Assembly (NCBI GenBank): GCA_951406725.2
Contig: OX597821.1
Span: forward strand, 44,144,001-44,208,000
Origin: Octopus vulgaris
Lineage: Eukaryota
Direction of reading: 5' to 3'
Length of the DNA stretch: 64,000 nt
Shown one piece after another: positions 54,840-64,000 of the stretch (position 1 is its first letter; the number at the start of each line of letters is the position of its first letter). The position numbers were made by a program, and so were the translations under genes. The notes below the pieces were generated by a model. It was given only the letters and a program-made list of their open reading frames with translations. It made no database searches and was not told the origin of the DNA.

Positions 54840-55730
54840 TCCTGATTCTTTGTCATCTACTCTGTGAGTCTCAAGGGTCTGAAGTCAGCCTTCACCACTG
54901 AATCCCATGTCTTCTCAGGTCTTCCTTTTCTACAACCTCAATACACATTAAGTGATTGGCACTTCTTTATACAATTGTCCTCTATACACATTCCATGTCC
55001 ATACCAGTGGAGTTTTCTTTCTTGCACGCTATATCTGATTCCAGTTATGCCCAGTTTTTCTCTCAGTATGTTTGTACTATGATATTCATGCACACTTACA
55101 TTGCTTGTAAAGAAAGAGCACAATTTCCTTAGGGTCCACTACAGCTATTTCAGGCATGTTTTTTTTTTATTGATGGATAAATCGATTATATTGTACAAAA
55201 AACATATTTAATTAAATATATATATATGTATGTCTGTATGAATGTATGTATGTATGTATGTATGTATGTATGTATGTATGTATGTATGTATTTTATAAGC
55301 TTAAAGCTTATAAGTGATCACCAACAAAGCAGGCTCACATCATTTGTTTTCTTTATTCTCAAGTTCTTTGCATTCAAAGCCCATATCTTATTACTTTATT
55401 ACTTTATTACTTAAGCAGTATTGCAATTCTAACATAAGCATCAAACAACTTGCTCTTTACTTTGAGGGAAAAGACCTTTGTTGCCAACAGCAGCAGTAGG
55501 TGAACTTTCTCCAACCCAGTCTTACTCTGATTACTTAACTTTCAAAGCAACTACCTCACTTGCTAATTACATTTTGGTAGCAAAAGCTATAAAATGCCAT
55601 CCAGACATTTAAGAAAGTTTATTTCTGATGTGCTCATAATACATCCTACTCCAGTGCATCTGTCACATAGAAAGCCCACATTCTCCGTTAGTCTGCTAGT
55701 GATTCCGCTATATCTCTTACACTGGGTAGA
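54840..55730 (-). mobile_element. RTE LINE fragment split by the 55103-55322 insertion
   Basis: FLCDRCTG, RVRLGWRKF, FSLKVKSKLFDA and LREKLGITGIR...WYGH in order. Confidence 0.8.
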
Positions 55731-55937
55731 GCGTACATCACCATCATCACTGTTGTAATACTGGGTTATTTCTCAAAATCTGTTGAATTTTTTCAAAGCA
55801 GCAATTTTCAAATGTTTACAGAATTTATAAGGTTCTAATCAGTCTTTTACTTGTTATTGTTGTTATTGTTAGTGTTGTTGCTGTTATTGTTCTTGTTTTT
55901 GATGTCGCTGATTTTTGTTGTTGTTGTTATTGTTGTT

Positions 55938-55982
<45 letters not shown>

Positions 55983-57030
55983 GGTGGTGATGGTGGCACA
56001 TTTAGTTTTTTTCTCTCTCCCCTATCTTTCATTCAAAGAATTTGTTCTAAGAATAAATTTCTTTTATTTTTCTCTTTCTTTTTCATTTCCCTATATTTTT
56101 CTGTGAGTAATCAAAATACATTGTACAACACAAAACCAATTTAACTATATAAAAAAAAAAACAACAACTTTTCATTCAATTTATTTTTTTATTTCATTTT
56201 ATTTTATTCAGTGCCTCCCTTCCAAACCCACTTCTGTTCTCTTCTTATTTGTGTAGACATTTTAGCTGGCATAGATTTAAGCAGTTGATAGCTGATTAAC
56301 AAGTCAAATTTGATAATGATTTCCAATATTTTTCAGTTTTCCTTCTAATTTAAGCAAGTCTTTTCTACAAGACGCGTAACTGTCATGTTGCTTTGTTCCT
56401 CGTCATTACAATCAGCCGATAATGTTTCATGTTGCTTTGTCAAATATTCCCTGATTTTATGCCAGTTTGCTTAAAATTGCCATTATGCACCTAATATCAC
56501 CAATTGTTAATATCTAAAAGTTAATGTTAAGAAAGCCTTGTCAATTGAAGTTTTTTGTCTTTTGCTCAATTGTTGAAATATTGAGATATTGTATTGAGAG
56601 ATATTAATAATATATGTTACACATTCTTGTTATGAATAGTTGGATGGTGGTGGTGGTGATGGTGGTGATGGTGGTAACGACGGTGGTGATGGTAGTGGTG
56701 GGGAGACAGGAGAAAAGGAAAGATTAAATTGTTGAATTTGATTTTATTATTTTCGTGAAGTGTTTATGTGATTTTGCTTTCCTGTTCTTCTTTGTGTCTG
56801 CCACAGTAAATAATTTATTGAAAAACGCTCAGTTCTGGTGAGGTTTCACTGACTTCAAGATCTGTTTTATTTTGCCTTTTTGTGGTTAGCAAATCAATAC
56901 GTGTGTGTATATGTGCGTGTGTAGGTGTATACATGCATGTGAGTGTGTGTGTCTGTGTGTGAGTGTACTTATTCTACTTCAAGTCCATAAGAAAACCATT
57001 AAATTTTAATGTAAATTAAACCCAATACTG

Positions 57031-57069
<39 letters not shown>

Positions 57070-57099
57070 TTTCTGCTTCTGCTGCTGATGATGATGATC

Positions 57100-57309
57100 T
57101 TTTCTGCTATAGGTACAAGTCCTGAAATTTGGGGGCAAGAGAGCTAGGTTATCATATCAACCCTAGTGCTTGACTGGTACTTATTTAATCGGTCCTGTAC
57201 AGATGAAAGGTAAAGTCAACTACATCAGAATTTGAACTCTGAATGTAAAGACATGAAATGCTGCTAAACATTTTGTCTGGTGTGCTAATGACTCTGCCAG
57301 CTCACTGCC

Positions 57310-57356
<47 letters not shown>

Positions 57357-57965
57357 CCTTTCTACTATGAGCACAAGGCCTGAAATTTGGGGGGAGGGAG
57401 CCAGTTGATTACATTGACTGATACTTATTTCATCGACCCTGAAAGGCTGAAAGGCAAAGTTGACAGCAGAGTTTGAACCCAGAATTTAAAGATGGATGAA
57501 ATGCAGTTAAGATTTTTTTTACTGGCATGCTAATGATTCCGCCAGCTCACCACCTTAATAATCCTTTCTACGATAGGCACAAGCCTTGAAATATGTGGGG
57601 AGGGGACTAGTGAATTACACCGACCCCTCGCTGAGCATAACTGGTACTAATTTCATCAATCCCAAATGGATGAAAGGCAAAGTCAATCTCGGCAGAATTT
57701 GAACTTAGAACATGAAGATGGACGAAATACTGCTAAGTATTTTGCCTGGTGGGCTAATAATTCTGCCTGCTCACCAGTCCTGAAGGTTTGCAGGAAGGGA
57801 GCCAGTCAGTTATATGAGCCCTGTATTCAATGGGTACTTTATTTTATCAGCCCTTGAAAGGATGAAAGGCAAAGTCCACCTCAGAGGAATTTGAACTCAG
57901 AATGTGGGATAAATTGCAATAATATTAATGGTTTAAAATTTTGGCTCAAGGCTAATAATTTTAGG
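57100..57965 (-). mobile_element. head-to-tail array of 4-5 Meta-domain SINEs
   Basis: gatgaaaggcaaagtc...tttgaact-like core at about 57200, 57445, 57670 and 57860, with (TAA)n linkers. Confidence 0.88.
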
Positions 57966-57979
57966 ACAGTATTCCCCTC

Positions 57980-58950
57980 CCTACTTTCACTTTCCCTTCT
58001 TAGTGAAACCTAAAAAAATCGATGACAGAACTACCAAAGAGGAATGTCTATATCCTTGTGTCTTTCAACCTCATCCACTGAACAACCTCTTTCACCATAG
58101 CCACCAAACAAAGGAAAATTGCCTTACCTGCCTGATTAATGGAGGGCAGAAGATCAATCATCACTCTGGCCTCAACTGATTGACAGATCCATCCACACAC
58201 AACAGTAACTGTTCAATATAATTCCACAAGTTAGTAATACCTGGGCATGCAAAATGGCTTTATTGCTGTGTGTGCATTTTGGACAAGCTCATCTGACAGC
58301 ACATTTGTACCTGTAGAGTTTATCACAAAATAGTAGCATCTCTCTGTAACACTGCCTGGCTAAGGACGTCTGGAAATTATCCATGTTAGTCATCAACCTG
58401 AAAGTCCTCTGGAATAGATTTACCAGTTCATTTTCATCAATGCTCAGAGTCTCCCTGCAAACATCTTCACATTTCCCACGACTAATTCTTTAGATATATA
58501 GCTAAAGTGGAATATCCACCAATCCCATTACCTGACTGGTAAAGAGCTGTGAGCACCTGATAACACTCTAGGTGCCAGACACCCAGCATTGGTCTTTCCT
58601 TCACTTAGGACTGTAGCTCTGCCAAAGAGACGAGCTGCAAGAAGACATGCCTCGCAAACAGAGCCCACACACATTCACTGTCTAGAAATCATTGCAGGTG
58701 ATGCACCCTCAGCCTGTGTCTGTGCATCAGCAGCCAACAGTGGCATCTGATGGCATAGACCTGCGTCTCCTAGTGTTCAGTTGCAAGCCAACCAACTTGT
58801 CAGTATTGATTTTGACCTCTGCCGCTAACTCGTATTCCTTTAGAATGGTGTCAACTGTCTCCAACTCAGAGAATCCAACACCATGATTATGACATCGTCT
58901 GCATATACCAACCACTATCTTCCTGGGCCCCAGTTCAAATGAGATACCCA
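57980..58950 (-). mobile_element. decayed Tx1/L1-clade LINE
   Basis: LVYADDVII, YELAAEVKINTDKLVGLQL, MDNFQTSLARQCYR and HAF.CP..LW remnants. Confidence 0.75.
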
Positions 58951-59089
58951 TCAACTGTAAGAAATGTAAAATTTTGTGGGACTTTCCTATTGAAATGGAC
59001 AAGTTAGAAAATAATAGACCAAACAACAATTATAGGTAAGGAAAAGTGAAGTTGCTTACTTATAGACCCATCATGCCTGTTTGGAATAA

Positions 59090-59180
59090 ATGCCATCCCT
59101 TAAAATTTGAAATAGGACGAATTTGGAGCATGCAAACAGTAAAGGTCATGCTTATAATAATTGGTGAGTTGGGAACAGTA
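59090..59180 (+). mobile_element. short R4/Dong endonuclease-domain fragment
   Basis: [27 protein letters not shown]. Confidence 0.6.
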
Positions 59181-59206
59181 GACATGTTCACACTTTTCTC
59201 CACTTA

Positions 59207-59288
<82 letters not shown>

Positions 59289-59959
59289 CATATATAAACG
59301 CATATATACATATTTTGATAAACATATATATACATATATATATTCATAATAATATATATAATTTTAAATAGATTAATAAATAGTCCTGCTAATTATGAAT
59401 AATAATTAGGATTGAATGATGCTGTTGTTATTTTTGTTTAGCCACAAGATGGCTATAGTAAAACAGAAATATGATCAAAGTAAAATATTCCATCCATGAC
59501 TATCCTGTTTATGAACCACATTATCTAATTTATGCTATTTGTAATAAAACAGGTCATGGATTAAAGGAAATTTAGCTGTCATATCTCTCAGGTGGAATGA
59601 TCACAAAAAGGTTCACTCATTGACTGTCTACCTGCAGCAATAACCTCATCAATCTGTATCTTCTACATCTGGTTTGTTTAATCAAAGTCCATTACAGTAA
59701 AGCTGAGTTCAGTGTGATCTCCCATTACATTCCTATTGAAAGTCATCTCTCGAAATGTGTTGTCACAAGTTTCAACTATAAAGTAATTGCTAATGACCCC
59801 CCGCTGACCTTGCCATCAAATCTGTTTGTAATCACTTTTATATGTTTTACCATTATATTAATGTTAAGTTGGCATATACATTATTGATTCAAAACAATGC
59901 TGTTACTTTAATTCCTTTATGTTAATTAGTAGCAGACAGTTAAATTAAATAAAATCTCT

Positions 59960-60420
59960 GCTCATAATGATAGGACCTTTTCTACTTTTGTAGCCAACAT
60001 TTCTGACATAAACTTGTATTTCAGTAATGAACTATGACTAATGAATAAAATAATACAGCATTTCTCATAAACTAATGCTTTAGTAATGAACAATGACAAA
60101 TGAATGAAGTAAAGCAATATTTCTCATAAACTCAGATTTTAGGAATGAAATAGGACTAATGAATAAAAAAGATAACATTTCTCATAAACTCAGATTTTAG
60201 AAATGTGCTATGACTAATGAATAAAAGTTTATAACATTTCCTATATTTTAGTAATGAACAATGACTAGTGAAAAAACAACACAGCATATATTTTACTAAC
60301 AAACTATGATTAATGAATAAAGTAATACTACATTTCACATAAACACATATTTTAGGTATCGGTTATAATGAATAAAATAATATATTTCTCATATTTTAGT
60401 AATGAATTATGACTAGATAA
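59960..60420. repeat. about 58-bp minisatellite, about 8 copies
   Basis: atttctcataaact...ttag.aatgaa..atgactaatgaataaaa recurs. Confidence 0.85.
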
Positions 60421-60519
60421 AATATATTTTTATAGTATTCTGTTAAATGCAGAACATAATTCTTGCTTCATTGTTTCAAGAGTTTGAACCAAGATATAAT
60501 TAGAAAGCCAATTCATAGG

Positions 60520-60740
60520 GTCAAGGTTTTATGGTCAGTTGTACTACACTGGATATTAGCATCTCAATGTTTTATGGTTGGTCGTACTACACTAGACACT
60601 AATATCTTCTAACATTTTAATCATTGCACTACATTGGTCACTCACATGAAAAATGTGAGTGACCAATGTTTTATGGTTAGTTGCACTGTAATTGATAATC
60701 ATGTCTGAATGCTTTCTGGTCACCTGTACTACATTGTTCT
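60520..60740. repeat. about 42-bp minisatellite containing a perfect 17-bp hairpin
   Basis: gttttatggt...gtactacact recurs; inverted repeat 60631-60647 / 60653-60669. Confidence 0.75.
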
Positions 60741-60849
60741 CCAGTACCAAAGATACCATCCTTTGGTGGCTTTATCCAAATAGTCTTAACCTTTTTCTAT
60801 GATTCTTTGCCATCCTGATTTCCGCCACCATCATTACATATGAGAAAAT

Positions 60850-62650
60850 ATTAGCTATGTACAAAACACAGTTTTATTGCATAACTCTGATGTCTTTTCT
60901 TTATCATATATAATATAACATAATATTACTGCTACATGTGTTTTCCACATTTGCCTGTTGACATGAATCTATTTAAGGTCTGATGTCATAATTTGAGCCA
61001 TCATTTGAATAAACATTCTAAATGTAAAAGGCTACCTTGGAAACGGGTGTATTTTTGATAAACACTATAGACACACCAACCTAAACAATAATAACAAACT
61101 TGTACTTGATGACCTGGATACAGCAGATTTTGTCACTTCTGCAATGTTCTACAGCAAGAATGGAACATCTGGACACTAATGATCAATAAAATGTTTGTTT
61201 TTGTCTATTAAAGGTATGACTGCTATATTGTTTTGGTAACAACAAAACCCCTGGAACTTGAAAGTTTTAACAATTTAAAATCTGTTTGTTCCCCAAAGAA
61301 ATTGATAAATGCTGAAAGAGTCTGATTCCTATCAAAGCATCAAAAGCTGACTGAATCTATTTAAGATTGTTCTCAATGATTACATGGATCAACCTGATTT
61401 TGGTGAATTTGATAAAATTGAAACTAAGAGACTGAATAGTGCAGAAGACGATTTAAATGAGTCTTATAGACTCCATACAACTATGTGAGCCTCGTGTGAA
61501 GAAAGCATCAGAAAATCTCCATACATGCATTGAATGCATTAAACAGCTGCTTTAAATGATTTCTAAATTTCAGCTAAATGAAACAAACAAAACAAAGGGA
61601 GAAAGAGCTTGATCATAGAATTACATATTGATAGAAACAAGTAGAAGTTTGATTATAAATGGTGCTTTTGTGAATATAAACATACACCATCAAAATTTCT
61701 AAAGGTGGGGAGGTATTCTCTGAAGATGAAATGCAACAACAATTCGTATATTCACATTGGATCAGTAAGAATGCAATAAGAATGAAAAGTTACATCATTG
61801 TTTTGATTCTTGCTGTTCTGCATACATCTGGTCATTTATTATTGGTTTTGACAGACAGCAAATAATTGCTGATTTCTATAAATAAGAGCCATCACTCTTG
61901 TTTAATTCCATTGATCCAGGGGTAGCATAGACTGAACAGACACAACCAGGGAGAAAAACTACAGTGTCTTAAAGTGTCCTTACATCAAAGAATCGGGTGT
62001 GTTGTAAACACACATTGAAAGAAGTAGCTCTCAGAAGACAAAATATAACACCAATTGACATATTTGCATTCATGTCTACCTGACTAAATACATTATACTT
62101 TGAATTAGACATCCCTAAAAATCAACACTGTGGAAAAGAAATCTAACAAATATTGATAAAGAATTTCTCAAACTTGAATAATTCTCCACTGGAATTTTTA
62201 AATGTCTTATAGAGTGGGAATTATCCTTGGTTAAGAATAAGGGCCTACAGCATTTAGCTGTAAATATCTACTACAAAGAACTAACTCATGTCTATTTATC
62301 TGTAAGTACCTGCCAGTTTAGCTATAAATAACCACTTCAAGGAACTACCCTTGCTCCTGCCTCTTTAGCTATAAATAACCACCTCAAGGAATTACCCTTG
62401 CTACTGCCAAACCAGTGAAGGAACTTCTACATTATCATCAGAGCTGATATGGGATACACAGCAACAGCTGCTACTGTAATCAGCGGTGAATATGGTGGTA
62501 CTTGTTGGAAAATATTTTGTTAACTTGGTTGAGCTTAAATCTTCTCAAGTTGATAAACCAGCTTAGTGGTAAAATCATTTTCAACATGTGAGATATGTTC
62601 TTAACGGCTTAATACCATAAAATATTCCATCTACATCCAGAGACTTGAGT
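60850..62650 (+). pseudogene. fossil DNA transposase, tentatively Sola2-like
   Basis: Ordered remnants VQNTVLLHN, FSTFA, DEMQQ..HW, IGCVV..LRRQ and ITPIDIFAF across frames with many stops. Confidence 0.35.
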
Positions 62651-64000
62651 ATATTTCAAATGAAAAAAATAAAGTTCTCTTCGTCATAACTGTAATATTA
62701 TATAATCGTACATATTTTGTATTTCTGTTGAAATGTTGACATAGATTTCTTAGCAGGTTTTGTAAAGTTTGTTTTCCATAGTTTTGTGTGTTTTTTTGAG
62801 TTTTCTTTGACAGTTTTTTAAGATTATATCCTGAAATATTTCCATATTATTATCTGGCAATATGTTCTCAGTTTTCCTCTTAAAAGCCCTGAATAATGGG
62901 AAAACTGTGTATCATAAGCTAAAAATTCCTGTTAGTTAGTCTAATAAATTAATGCTTTTTAACAAAAAAGTACCTAATAGAAATGTTGAAAATTTCAGTT
63001 TTCCAAAATCCTCATTGTTGCCATCATGGTTGTTTTTGTCATTATCATCCTCATCATTATCATTATCATCATTTCTTAACATCCATGTTCCATGTTGGCA
63101 TGGACTGAACAGTTTGACAGGATCTGCTTTGGCATGGTTTCTATAGCTGGATGTCCTTTCTGTCACCTGTTACTTTATAGCAGGTACTGTGTGTTTTTTT
63201 TCTTTTCATAGCTCCAGCACTAGTCAGGTTGCCATGCAGCTTGCAAGGATAATATCTCCTTAATGCTTTAGAGAAGTTGGTAGTTTTATACTAGGAGGTG
63301 AGAGGTTAAAGTATAAAAATAGGGATCAGAACAAAACAGGTTTCTTGCTGTGTAGGAGTGATGTGACACCTCACATCATAAAAGAGATGGAGGGAGTAAC
63401 CAGGCTGGAAAGTAAGATAAAATAGAGGTGAGGAGGTGTCAGGGAGGACCCTCAAGAGTTCAAGGTAGAAGAAATAAGTGGAGGGACAGACAAACAGTGT
63501 ATGTTGGTGGATAAAGGTTGTGTGTATAGGGAAAGTGAGGTGTGGTTAGAGATGGGATGAGGGGATGAATATAACGAATGAAGAACAAAGGTTGTGGAAT
63601 GATAAAATATGTTTGAGTCTATGATTATGGTAAAAATAAATATTTCAGCTAATCCCATCAATTTATTTATTTTAATTTTAGATCTTAGGATTTTGGTTCA
63701 TCTCCATATTTATTAATAAATCATCATGTGCATGGTGAATAGCAAGAAAACAGTGATGTGCATATTTATTCTCAATACATTCCTGCAGATTAAAATGGGA
63801 ATATACAAATTGCTGTTGTATTTTATTGTTGGAGAACAACTTCTCCTTTCAGACAAATGCATGTTCATTACACTCTTCATTTATTGGGGTAAGGAGTTTT
63901 TGGGACACAAGTGTTTCAACTTTGTGTATGTCCCCTCAGTCAAAGCTACCTGCATTAATAAATCTAACAAAAGTTTTGGCTCTTGTTTATAGGGTTCATC

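Noticed and set aside
55330-55730. Unique-looking sequence with a GTAAGA donor, first read as an exon
   Set aside because: Minus-strand translation gives RTE LINE motifs
59960-60740. CRISPR-like array
   Set aside because: Contiguous degenerate tandem units without unique spacers, no cas genes, eukaryotic context

Overview
AT-rich, microsatellite-saturated eukaryotic DNA. The repeat complement (tRNA-derived CORE- and Meta-type SINEs, RTE, R4/Dong, CR1 and Tx1 LINE relics, Tc1/mariner/maT elements) strongly resembles an octopus (coleoid cephalopod) genome; the species is inferred, not shown. There is no intact long gene, and almost all ORFs in the track are microsatellite translations or decayed transposon fragments. 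Three things stand out. (1) Several families of short elements carry Penelope-type minimal type I hammerhead ribozymes. One is a TSD-flanked unit of tRNA-like Pol III head + (TAA)n + intact hammerhead (41804-42167); another is a long foldback with a decayed hammerhead at its apex. (2) A probable minus-strand host gene is visible only as small exons: one ending at 23482 (..MLARREAEESQ) joins in frame to a 37-nt exon at 2405-2369 (NSENYRSMHVSK), with candidate alternative and UTR exons. (3) Unusual DNA transposons include a DD36E Tc1, a maT/Tc1 chimera and a fossil Sola2-like transposase. Family names come from motifs recognised by eye, and boundaries of decayed repeats are approximate.
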